A DNA stretch of 62,247 nt, filler included, from Choristocarpus tenellus KU-1152 (lineage: Eukaryota > Protista > Phaeophyceae): NCBI GenBank assembly GCA_964200185.2. It is 9 parts of 9 records of this genome, joined end to end, with 100 filler letters (N's around TTAATTAATTAA, not from the genome) between each part and the next. Parts side by side here need not be neighbours in the genome. Positions count along the whole stretch, not along the records: positions 5,391 to 15,356 come from CAXNAD020003237.1; positions 15,457 to 20,152 come from CAXNAD020013428.1; positions 20,253 to 24,465 come from CAXNAD020015657.1; 6 more parts are not named here. One strand, 5' to 3'. Below the pieces are notes generated by a model. The model ran no database searches. It was not told the origin of the DNA and saw only the letters and a program-made list of their open reading frames with translations. Positions 13,601-24,565 of this stretch are shown in pieces. Within the stretch, counting starts at the first letter, position 1. Each line of letters begins with the position of its first letter. Both the position numbers and the translations under genes were made by a program.

Positions 13601-15202
13601 CGTTCCCTAATCTTACGATAGCACTCGATATTTGAAGGAGAATAAACTTGATAAAAAAAAATGTAAGTTATGAGTCTTACAGTGATTAATTAGTATTGGT
13701 GACACTAAGGGAGGTTCGAACTCGAGCATGTGAAACACACAAACTTAACAATATTGCAGGGTTTTTACCACCTCGGTCCGATAATCACCAAGGTGTCTTC
13801 ACTGATTGATGACTTTCACATGTAGTGTGTGACTCAGCCAGACCCAAAGGCAAGACTTCTGTCCAAAAGTACTTAATTCCAACTTACAATGCATCCGCTT
13901 GGCAAAGGGTGTAAATTCGTATTCTCTCTATATGGAGAGGCACACTGGACCGACACTAGTCAATGCCTCTCACTTAATGACCAAACACACTACTTGATGC
14001 ACCAATGATTACTCATCAGCAATAAAGAGGCCCACAGCAATCAGCAGACAGCTGAGTCCAGGAGAAATCACAGTCGAGTTTCCACACTACTACCGGGGTA
14101 GGATTGGAACCATGAGCAACATGAACCAAGCCCAAGCAAGCAGTCTCTGCTTTCCCCGTCTGGTGCTGGTCTGGTACTGGGATTACTTCTACTTGGACCT
14201 GATTAGGACAAGGAGTTATTTCCACGACTCATGGTCGAAGGGCACTCAGAGGGAGAGCCTGCCATAAACCTCAATTCGGTGAGGATTGAAATCTCCGGGA
14301 GCTGCAAGCCCCCAGCTGTGACAGCTCCAGCTGTGATGGCCCCAGCTCCAGCAGGTCCAGAGCGAGCTCTATCTTCGCCTCCATGTTACGCACACCATCT
14401 GGCAGCAGAGGCGAGTGGTCAGATGATGAGGACATGACCCCTGGGAGGTGACACTGGAGGGACAATGACAGTTTTAATATTGCAGAACCCTCTCCACAGA
14501 GGCGATTTTTTTTCTTCTTCTTAGCAACCTGCCACAGTCCCATTATTACATACTCTGCCAGGCGCCTCGAGACGAGTATCTGCGCACCCATGCACACAAT
14601 TGTTAATTTGTACACCACAAAAAAAATGTGACAGGCAATCACTTTTGATCTCCGTTACCACTATGTACATGTGTATATATACATGTAGCATATTGTTGAC
14701 TAGAGTATATGCGTCCACACTCAACTAGCGTCATAGACATGCGTATTGAAAACTCTTTCTACCGTGCTTAGCTAAGGTTGACGGCATCCGCACCCAACCT
14801 TTCAGCCTTGCCTCGCTAAGGTCATGATCATACACGTTCAACTTTTTGGGCATGCCTCGCTAGGATCGCAAATGTACGCATTCAACCCTGACATAGTCCC
14901 CCTCTTCCCAACTCTCCTCTGTTCTCTCGCCCCTCCCCCTCGTTGCCTTATATGTGGGACATGTCCTCCTTCAGAGGGTATTTGGCGAATGGCACTCTTG
15001 ACTTTTTCAGCACCTTCACACAAATCTAGTGCATGATCACATTCTGCACTGCATCAGGCTTGGTAGCAGAGCAGAAACGGCTGAATTGTCTCAGTGAGAA
15101 ATATATTTTTACTTACGAGCAGGTAGATCCACATGTTGCTTTGTGTGGTAGAAGAAGGAATTCCCTCACCAGCCCACGTGGCAGGGACTTTTTGCAGACT
15201 CT

Positions 15203-15356
15203 GGCTCAAAGTATCTGGGGGGGAGGGTGGAGGCTGTCCATTTGGGGACAATTTTTTAATGTCACGATTTTTGGGTGATTTGGTTGCATAAGTTGGATGG
15301 ATAATGTAAATTCACTTTTCCTATTTTGACCCAAATGGACACCCTGGCGTAGACCC
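15203..15356. mobile_element. MITE family B, cut by contig end
   Basis: GGCTCAAAGTATCT + G-run + GTCCATTTGGGG ... CCAAATGGACACCCTGG. Confidence 0.85.
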
Positions 15357-15456
15357 NNNNNNNNNNNNNNNNNNNNNNNNNNNNNNNNNNNNNNNNNNNN
15401 TTAATTAATTAANNNNNNNNNNNNNNNNNNNNNNNNNNNNNNNNNNNNNNNNNNNN
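15357..15456. other. Artificial contig linker
   Basis: N44-TTAATTAATTAA-N44. Confidence 0.99.
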
Positions 15457-15520
15457 TCCTGGTTGTGGTCCAAATGGCTACCCTGGTGTAGCCCCCCCCC
15501 CCCCCCAGATACTTTGAGTC
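15457..15520. mobile_element. MITE family B, terminal fragment
   Basis: CCAAATGG.ACCCTGGTGTAG + C-run + CAGATACTTTGAGTC. Confidence 0.85.
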
Positions 15521-15534
15521 TCAGCAAGATTCTT

Positions 15535-15644
15535 GCTGTCCCTACAAATATTATTAACATCAATAGTGTGCTATACTTATCATTCGATACTATTATTTAC
15601 TTGTACAGCACACAAAATACAATGCGTAGTAAACACTATTCATA
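15535..15644. repeat. Partial unit of ~180-bp tandem repeat (left of the mariner insertion)
   Basis: aatagtgtgctatactt...ttacttgtacagcacacaaaatacaat...acactattcata matches the units at 19152-19620. Confidence 0.85.
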
Positions 15645-16073
15645 CTACTCTTTGTCTTAAGTTTGTAAGGTGGTACCAATAGCTTCGCAGTCTTTGACAA
15701 TCTTGAATGTTTTCACCAGTTTTCCACAACAGTCATACAAGATTGCATATATCAAATGAACGGGTTAGACAAGAACTTTTGAAGGTTTGGATGCACGAAT
15801 ATCCAGGCTTAGGGGAAAGGGAACTATTTCCCCATCAAGTAATGGAAGAAACGCGGGGGAACATCTCCGGCACAATTTTGAAGGTCACGACTTCGAAACG
15901 GACAAAAATGAGGTGGTTGACCGAACTCCTTGCAAAAAACTGGTCTGGGTTAGGTCGCTGACAAATTTTGCCTGGTGTAGAAATACCGCCAAAAGTTCAA
16001 GATTTCCGGACATATTTTTAACGCCTTTTGTGAACGTTCTGCAAGCACACCCCCCCGTGACTTACACAGCAAC

Positions 16074-17019
16074 ATGAACCACGACGGTGAGACAAGGAGA
16101 GCCGCTGAGACCACTCTTCCCCCTGGAGGTACCCTCGGTACCTTCTCTGTCGAGAGGCGAAGGGAAAGCAAGTACCGTGTGACACTCAGTGTGATGTTAG
16201 GTGACGAGAAAGTGCATGTACTGTGGCGCAACAGCATAATCAAATCGCGAAATGGATCATGGGCCCGCAACACTGACGCTGAGGGAAGAAGCATTGAAAG
16301 CATTACCACACAAACGTGGTTTGATCTTCAACCGATGCAAATCACTGCTCTGAGGTCTCTGCTGCCTCGGGAAAGCAGGAAGAGAGCGGCGAGTCCATCA
16401 CCAGGTGGTACAGTGATGAAGTCTATGGCGAAGCCTTGTCATGGCGGGCCAAGGAAACAGAGTGGCCGCCCGAAGGGCAGGTTGAGGAAGAGAGCAGTAC
16501 GACTGCGTGCCATTACGCTCAGGAAACGCCTAAACAAAAACCCAGGTGTAGAATATCTTAGTAGTCGACAGTTGCAGCAGGCCCTGGCTGTTTGGAAGCT
16601 ATGCGAGTCAGAGTGGCTTAAGGAAACGAGAAAGAAGGTGTTAGGGTTGGGCTACAAGGGCTCTGAACTCCGAAAGAAGGTAACCCATTTCCGGTGCTCA
16701 ACAAGGAAATGTGATAGTAAAGGCTCTAACACTGCGAATCCTGTACGTGTGTATGAATAATGGGAAAGATTGTCAAACAGCGCTCGAGATGGCAGCAGGA
16801 TATGCGATGGTCAGGCCGGAAACTGTGAGTAAATGGGAGAGAGACTTCCTAACTAAGAGCCACATCAAGGTGTCGGAGCAAGGGTGCGAGGAGAGGCGTT
16901 TTGTTCTGGGCCTCGACGAGGACATCCTTGCCGAGGTCAAAGAGTGGGTACATGAACATACAGGAAGAAAGGGTGGGAAGGCTTTTTCCCCGTCTAAACC
17001 CTATACTTTAATCAAGTAA
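16074..17019 (+). pseudogene. Frameshifted transposase N-terminal region (AT-hook-like + HTH)
   Basis: Overlapping ORFs 16074-16760 and 16711-17019 contain SGRPKGRLRKR and LEMAAGYAMVRPETVSKWERDF...LDEDILAEVKEWV, an HTH-like region of IS630-Tc1-mariner-type transposases. Confidence 0.55.
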
Positions 17020-17758
17020 TAGTATGTATGTTGCCATTCTTGGTAACCTACAATCCAGGGTTTGAACCCCAATACGACTGCTCTTTCTTCAAAAAAAGAA
17101 AAAAATGGCGAAAAAAAACGAAGCCCGTACTCTGGAGGGCATTGTAACGGGCATCACGAATATGCTTGTATTTTTTAAATCTGATGTCTAAATCAAAAGT
17201 TTTTATAGGACAACATTAGAAGGTGAAGCTACTGGTACCACCATACCATGAAACATCTGTGTTCGCCGAGCGAGAACGGCGCCGAATCGGACGATAACCC
17301 CACAGAATGAAATCGGGTTGGCAATCTCAGCTTTCAAAAAAGGTTGGGGTCGAGGAGCATCAGGTACAACCTCGAGGTGCTTCAAGTCGTCAGAGTAGGG
17401 GTCTTTTGAGGTGATTTTGAGGCCAGAACTGGGCACGTTGAGGGTCAGAATGTCAGCATGGTAACCCCCTCGTTGACCCCCCTTCGTAGGAAGGGTGTCC
17501 AAGTGTCCCCGAATACCACAGTTGCTCTTGCAGTGCGGCACGCCCTCGTGATGGTCCCTGGTGAGCTTAAACTGCTGTGACCTGTTGGGCTGGCCTGCAG
17601 CGGAGTTTGGAGTGTCCGAGTGTTACATGTGAGGATTCTGGGAGGACTTCGTTGATCAGCTTGCCCATGGACACACACTTGACCTAGGGGTGGTGGTACG
17701 TAGTGGGCTACCTTCGGAGCTCACACCAAGATGGCCGCAATACACAGTATCAACTCCA

Positions 17759-18008
17759 GAGTCAAAGTATCTTAGAGGGTACAAGTGTTGCCTCTTTGTC
17801 CATTTGGGCATTGGCTTCCCTCAGGGTTTTTGATGACATTTCAAAATATTTCAGAGTAGGTAAAATGTACACGTTATGAAAAGGTGTGTCCAGAACAAGG
17901 ATATTGACACTACTTAACAGACATGATAGCCAAAATTACATCAAAATCGCAACATTGGATTTTGGCCCCCAAATGGACGCGGCTCTACCCTCGAAGATAC
18001 TTTGGCTC
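17759..18008. mobile_element. MITE family A (~250 bp)
   Basis: GAGTCAAAGTATCTTAGAGGGTA ... TACCCTCGAAGATACTTTGGCTC; flanks TCCA/TCCG. Confidence 0.9.
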
Positions 18009-18038
18009 TCCGATAATCAGTCATCCACCGTGTGTCAG

Positions 18039-19026
18039 GTGACAATGAAGATGGCCGCTAAGGGACTGAATTATAGCACGAGCACCATAAACAGGTAGTT
18101 GGATGATATGGGGGCCATGCCAAATTGCCGCTGGATCAAACCCAAGCTTAAATTGTGGCAAAAGATATAGAGAATGAACTTTGCGATCAAGTGGTCCGGA
18201 AACATGGTGTGTACGCCTCCATGGCGAACATGATTCACGTCCATGAAACCTGGTTTTACGTGATGACTGAGGGGGAAAAGGTTAGGGTATTTCCGCATGA
18301 GGATGATAGCAACCTCCCAGGGTCCCCTACTGTGCAGCACAAGAATCGTATCCCCAAAACTTTAATCATTGCAGCCAACACCCCCCTAGATTCGGCTGAC
18401 AGCTTTGATGGAAAGCTTGGTGTTTGGCATGTGTGTGCACCAAAAACGGCAGACAGGACAAGCAAGAACCATAAAGAGGGGGATGTGTAGGGGCAGGACT
18501 GTATTTTAGATCACTTGTGGTACGGGAAGTAGTACACAGAGGAGTTACTGCCTGCAATCAAGACCAAGGTGCCTTGGTTGCAAGGGAAGCACGTTGCCAT
18601 TCAGGAAGACAGTGCCACCCCCCACACGGCCAAGGGCAACTCAGAAATCTTGTCAGGGGCAGGGAAGACTGAGGGGTGGTTGATTAGGCTTGGAACACAG
18701 CCATCTATCTTGACCTCAATATCATGGACCTGTGCTTCTTCATGTCTTTGAAATGCCGGGTGATGGTGGAGCGGTTTGGGTTCATCAAGGAGATGGTGAA
18801 GGTCATTAAGAAACAGTATGAATATGATAGAAACCACACATGAAAGGGCTTGGCAGCTCCTTTTTGTGGTGTACAATCAAGTACTTAGAAAAAAAGGGGG
18901 GAATGACTTCAGTGTGGAGCACACAAGGGTAAGAAGAGGCAGTTGTCTGGTGAGCTTGAAAACACACTGAAGCTAGACATGGGGGGGGTTTCTGTGGCTG
19001 ATAAAATTGTGATGGATGGGGAGTAA
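18039..19026 (+). pseudogene. Plant-mariner-like (DD39D-type) transposase pseudogene
   Basis: Motifs STSTINR..WIKPKL, IHVHETWFY (HVDEKWFY), VQHKNRIPK, FDGKLGVW, QEDSATPH, LGTQP and DLNIMDLCFF, broken by stops and frameshifts. The first catalytic D appears as H. Confidence 0.88.
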
Positions 19027-19151
19027 TAATAATAAAAAGAGCTCACCCTAACCAGAAAGTCGTTAAGGATTCCGAAAATTTCAGAAATAAATTTCATTAA
19101 CATCTTCAAAAGTTAGGGACAATGTGGAACAGGCTAATGTCACGGAGGTAG

Positions 19152-19620
19152 TACTATGCATAGTGTATACTTTGTACTAGTAAGATAATGACAACATTTC
19201 ATCACACTTTGAACACGCTGTGGTCTCCATAAATACTACTAACATTAATAGTGTGCTATACTTACCATTCAATTACTATTTTTTACTTGTACAGTACACA
19301 ACATACAATTCATAGTTAACACTGCATATTCATACTATGCATAGTGCATCCTATGTACTAGTAAGATAATGACAACATTTCATCACACTGTGAGCACGTT
19401 ATGGTCCCTATAAATACCATGAGCATTAATAGTGTGCTATACTTACCATTCAATACTAGTAATTACTTGCGCTATCAATTACATACACTATCAATCACTT
19501 GCACAGCACACAAAATACAATTCGTAGTTAACACTATATACTCATACTATGCATAGTGCACACTTTTTACTACTAAGAGAATGACAACATTTCATCGCAC
19601 TGTGAGCAAGTTGTGATTCT
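19152..19620. repeat. ~180-bp tandem repeat (about 2.5 units)
   Basis: tactatgcatagtg recurs at 19152, 19333 and 19545 with colinear sequence between. Confidence 0.9.
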
Positions 19621-20152
19621 TACTATATTATTGCTGCATGCAATACATACTTCCAAGGTCACCTGCACAAAACGAATACTATCAAACTCCTCCCACTAAC
19701 ACTCAGTGCATGCAGAAATCTATCACAACAACATCCATTAACTGTAAGTAACTAACTTCAGTGGCCATGTTTTTGTACTACGTATACATTGTGTGATTAA
19801 ATTCTTGCATCTAGTGGATGAACAGGTGTCACCAATCAATACGCCAGAATGTGAATTATCATACCATCCCTTACTTCACAAAGATCAAAAACACCCACCA
19901 ACACTGTCAATAGGTATCACAGCAGCAACAGCAACAGTCCTCCCTCCTTTTGAATCATACCACAGACAACAGACACATTCTCCACACATTCTTCAAACAA
20001 TACTTCACAAGGAGAGCAATATCCTCATCCCCAGCCTCAATCCATGTTTTTCCTCCCCGGACAATGTTGCCACACTGCACCCCCCAAGGCAGGGCATCTC
20101 AGACCATGAATAGGACACAAGCACAAGAGACAGAACCATAGTCACCACTAAA

Positions 20153-20252
20153 NNNNNNNNNNNNNNNNNNNNNNNNNNNNNNNNNNNNNNNNNNNNTTAA
20201 TTAATTAANNNNNNNNNNNNNNNNNNNNNNNNNNNNNNNNNNNNNNNNNNNN
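20153..20252. other. Artificial contig linker
   Basis: N44-TTAATTAATTAA-N44. Confidence 0.99.
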
Positions 20253-20262
20253 GGGGGGGGGG

Positions 20263-20297
<35 letters not shown>

Positions 20298-20309
20298 GAG
20301 GTGGTCCTC

Positions 20310-20649
20310 CTCACCCTGATGCTCTGGCTTGTTCATCAGCTGCCTCTCTTCGTATGTCTGTCCTGCTATACCTACCCTTACCGGAGAATTAATTCTTCCA
20401 GCTATTGCCAATCACTTGCTTGGCAAAAATGGTGCATTATTCATAGCAATTATCATAATATTTTCGTGCTTAACCACTGCAGTTGCACGTAATAGTATTT
20501 ATGCAAAATATTTATGCACTTTCAAATCCTTTGGAAATAAGAAATTCAAGAAAGTTTTACTAGTAACTACTGCATTCATTTATAATTTCATTATTAGATT
20601 TTGCTCACCCTGATGCTCTGGCTTGTTCATCAGCTGCCTCCCTTCGTAT
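20310..20649. repeat. 46-bp direct duplication (20310-20355 / 20604-20649) of the eIF4G exon end plus donor, flanking an insert
   Basis: ctcaccctgatgctctggcttgttcatcagctgcctc(t/c)cttcgtat occurs twice with one mismatch. Confidence 0.95.
20356..20603 (+). pseudogene. brnQ: Bacterial brnQ-like (branched-chain amino acid transport system II carrier) gene fragment
   Basis: AT-rich insert translating ELILPAIANHLLGKNGALFIAIIIIFSCLTTAVARNSIYAKYLC...VLLVTTA and, after a frameshift, SFIISLLDF. This matches the BrnQ G..L..I..(A/S)CLTTA motif and the following TM segment. Recognised from memory, not from a search. Confidence 0.75.
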
Positions 20650-23600
20650 CTCTTCTAAGGTCTTTGCCTTAGCTTGCACACGCCGTGGCTTCCAGTCGAG
20701 TGACTAGTCAACAATGTCAAGAGGAAACAGAGATCAAGAGGTTTTGAAGAAAAAAAAATAGGTCAAGCCTGGGGGGAGGGGGAGGGGGGAAGAGCCAGCT
20801 AAAGGGGGACACAATTCATCACAACGACATTAACAGATCTAGATCTAGGCCACACTCTACAGCCAGGTTACATTATTTTCGTTCTATTTTTTTAAAAACA
20901 TAAAAAGAGAAAAAATCAAATCATCGCATCACCCGCCCTTACCACAGACAGCTAACTCCCTAACCTCCTTCCATACCTCTAAATTCCCATGCAGACTATA
21001 CACTTCACCAAAATGTGACCCTCATCTATTCATTCATTCATTCCAAAGAGGAAGTTAGACACACAAGCTCATTCAAGCAAAACATCAACAAAAAAAGCAT
21101 CTAAAACCCTAACCCTAACCTCCACCTATACGCCACAAACCTCTTAGACAAAAAAAACATCAACACAATTAACCTCTCAAGAACAAATCCATCACCCACC
21201 GCCCTTACCTACCCTCACCTCAAGAAACACCACCAACCCTAACAAACCACAACCTCCTTCAGGGTCAAAAAATATCCACCACCACCAGAACACACACACC
21301 CCTCCCTCCTCCTACCAGGAATACCCTTGCTCTATGTTCAACTCCACTCATCCAACCCCAACCCCATCCCCAACCCCAATCCTCACCCTCAGCTCCTCAA
21401 GATCCCTGATCATATATCGCATACGGGAATTAAGCTTGGTATTGTTGGCATGCCTCTCAAGCAGACCAAAAACCGCCTTCATGTATGTAGCGTTCTTGCC
21501 GCTATCCAGCCTCTTCCCCACTGTTGTCATCAGCTTGCCCAACGCCTATCAGTACCATACAACATCAAGATTAACAAGCTTCAGAGTAAAATAAAGAAGA
21601 GCAAAGAGAAGTGATGCTGTCCTTCCTGTATAAAACCTAGAATACACCCAGAAACATTTAAAAATCAAAAACATTCTGACCCCAGAAAACTTTTTAAACA
21701 CTCTCATTCACCTGCAAAAATCCATCAGAGTGCGACTTGTACTGCCCCCCTCCCCCTCAATACACAAAAGAAGTCATTTTCTCAGAAAGTTCAAATAAAA
21801 TAAAAAATCAATCTGTGGAAAAAAAAAAACATATCTGTCGTACACTGATGCACAACAACAAAGCTCCAAACAAAATCCTACTCACCTAACCCTAACCCTT
21901 AGAAAGAAATAAAATCAACAAAAAGCAACATGAACTCAATCATCAACAGTACAAACGCCCATACCTACAAGAAACAAACCCTAACCCTAACCCTAACCAT
22001 ATGAACAAGACACTATCATTACATACACATGAATCACAGAAGTATACACCATTACAGCAAGGAGAATAATTTGTCACATTGTCACACAAAAACTCTCCAA
22101 TAGACTTAATGGGCTTGTTTTCTGAAATGAGATCAATTTTTTAATCAATGGAACAGTTCCAGTCGATGACATTTACCAGCTTACACCCTTGTACCATCAT
22201 CCCACCAAAAAAAATAATCATAATGATAATCACTGCAATGAAAAAATAATATATATACCAAAAGTAACAAAAAGAATGGCAGTGATAATAAAAATGTAAT
22301 ACATAGTAACACTAACAATAATACAATAAAAATAAAAATCATTCCCATTACACAGTCAATAAAAATAAAACTCTCCATCAAGAGCACACAAGGCACCATA
22401 AATCTCTTCATAACATTTTCTTCCAGCATATCTTCTCCCAGTCTCACTCCTACAGCCCTAACCCCATCCCCTTCAACCACTACATCACCACAGTGCTACT
22501 AAAACACTAAAACACTCTAGAAACAGTACAACAAACCACCCTCAAAATGAATCACTCTACCACCAGGATAACTAAATAAAACCAACAGAGTCCTTACAAA
22601 CAGCTGCCCAGCAACACACTACAAACTCCTTAAATTTCAACATACCCCTCCATGACAGAACATTACTCACTAATCCACCACTTTAACAAAACCACACATA
22701 AAAACACTCTAAGCACTCTAAGCACATGCAGATTCATTTTTACAAAACTCTTCCTATTGAGGACGAGATACCTACACTCTCACAAAAACTACCACACCCA
22801 ACACAACATAGACACCCCCACACAAGAACTGCCACACCCAACACAACATGGACACACACACACAAAGTGTACCTCCAGGTTAGTCTCATCCACGTCACCA
22901 CTGATGAACTTGAGCCCCTTGAATTGTCCTAACTTGTCCAATGTCTTTTCCGCATTGAGCAACTTCTCAATACACCTCTGTTACACAAAACAGTTACAAA
23001 AAACATTTACATGAAAAAATAGAAAAAAGTACATACAACACCTCGATTAGCAGATGGGCATATTGTCTATCATACCATACACAGTACAATTCAGAATAGT
23101 TTTTTTCAAAACGTCAAACACATGCAATACACAGCAACATACCACAATTAAATTAAACATGCCGAAATTACATTTACACTACATATCATTTTCTCGGCTC
23201 AATGTTATTTTCGGTTAGGGTTAGGGTTAGGGTTAGGGTTAGGGTTAGGGTTAGGGTTAGATACAAATCACACCAATGACAAGACTGATCGTGAATATAA
23301 TCAGGTTCACATGTCAAACTTTCAAACCAATACATAATTCAAAGGGATGACATCTCCACACACCCTACTGATGTAAAAATAAATAAAATACTACAGTACA
23401 AAAAAGGTACAATGAACAAGTTATATACTAACCAAAATCCCATAAAAGGTACAATGAACAAGTTATAATAATCTAAATTCAATAAAAGGTACAGTGCAAC
23501 TCCTCTCATTTCCAAGGTAACCAACTCTCCCTCGAGAGTGTGTACACGCCACCTCAGTTCAGTAAGTGCCAACACGAACAAAAGACATTAACCAATCAGA

Positions 23601-24059
23601 GTAAGTGCCAACACGAACAAAAGACATTAACCAATCAGAGTCATTTTCAAGATCCTAACATGCAAACATCGGAGAGATCAAAAACCCTAACCCTAACCCT
23701 AACCCTAACAATCACCTAAGGAATCTCTAAACCTAAACCAAACATCCACAGGAGTTACACCACAACCAAATGCAATCAACTAACAAAAAAGATTAATATA
23801 TACCACACAAAAACATAAGTCCACAACCTCATTAAACAGATGTCCTCCAATCCCCCAACCAAGACCAACTTTGAAAAACTACTCAAAAACAAAACATGAA
23901 TATAATATGTAGTGCGTTTGCCATTATCAACTACATTTACATATCTGCATATGTGAGTCTTTGTATGTATTTGTTCACCTGGATAACGTTCTCCTTGAGA
24001 ATGTAGACCTTACACAGCTCGCCAATGAACTGGATGTATCCCAACATCCTCCTCTTCAA
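20609..24059 (-). CDS. eIF4G: Eukaryotic translation initiation factor 4G, MIF4G region (partial, 4 exons)
   Basis: GT-AG exons 24059-23979 (LKRRMLGYIQFIGELCK), 22977-22873 (RCIEKLL...DETNLE), 21545-21387 (ALGKLMTTVGKRLD...SRMRYMIRDLEELR) and 20703-20609 (WKPRRVQAKAKTLEEIRREA) splice in frame. Confidence 0.93.
23213..23260 (+). repeat. Interstitial telomere-type (TTAGGG)7 array in an eIF4G intron
   Basis: GG(TTAGGG)7TTAG. Confidence 0.95.
23561..23641. repeat. 39-bp tandem duplication
   Basis: agtaagtgccaacacgaacaaa(a)gacattaaccaatcag occurs twice. Confidence 0.9.
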
Positions 24060-24375
24060 CTGGAAAAAATGACATCCAGGTATCAGGTTGCAAAACGCCA
24101 TCCACACAATAAGTACAACATACAGTACCAGTGTAAAAGAAAGTCAGAGAGGAGTCATAACAAACCTACTTGGGACCATACACCACATCATAAAAAATCA
24201 CATTTTCACTACACATTTTTTCAACTCATCTCAAGAAAATAAAAATACAACACAACTCGGAACACATACCCACATCTAACCCTAACCCAACCTATCCTAA
24301 AAGGTGACACAGACAATGACCAACCCAGGGGTGTGCGGGCCTCCCTCTTGGCATATTAGATATACAATCCTACAC

Positions 24376-24386
24376 GCTCAATCTGT

Positions 24387-24417
<31 letters not shown>

Positions 24418-24465
24418 AGGGGGGGGGTCTACACCGGGGTGTACATTGAGGACCTGATCAGGAGA
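24376..24465. mobile_element. MITE family B fragment, cut by contig end
   Basis: Long G-run + GTCTACACCGGGGTGTACATT..GACCTGATCAGG. Confidence 0.7.
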
Positions 24466-24565
24466 NNNNNNNNNNNNNNNNNNNNNNNNNNNNNNNNNNN
24501 NNNNNNNNNTTAATTAATTAANNNNNNNNNNNNNNNNNNNNNNNNNNNNNNNNNNNNNNNNNNNN
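24466..24565. other. Artificial contig linker
   Basis: N44-TTAATTAATTAA-N44. Confidence 0.99.

Larger units (their letters stand above)
15645..19151 (+). mobile_element. Composite decayed Tc1/mariner element (DD39D/Stowaway-type) with nested insertions
   Basis: Right end ACGGAGGTAG|TA is a Stowaway-type TIR followed by TA. The left flank ends ttca-TA at the same register of the interrupted tandem repeat, although the left TIR is degenerate. Transposase remnants lie inside. Confidence 0.7.

Noticed and set aside
15774-19114. AACTTTTGAAG / CTTCAAAAGTT as the mariner TIR pair
   Set aside because: Only an 11-bp match with no TSD; the Stowaway-type end at 19142-19151 plus TA explains the boundary better.
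20329-20613. Intact 94-aa membrane protein gene from the ORF track
   Set aside because: The ORF starts and ends in the duplicated host sequence, has no ATG, and covers only an internal frameshifted piece of a much longer transporter.
23213-23260. True chromosome end
   Set aside because: Short array with eIF4G exons on both sides.
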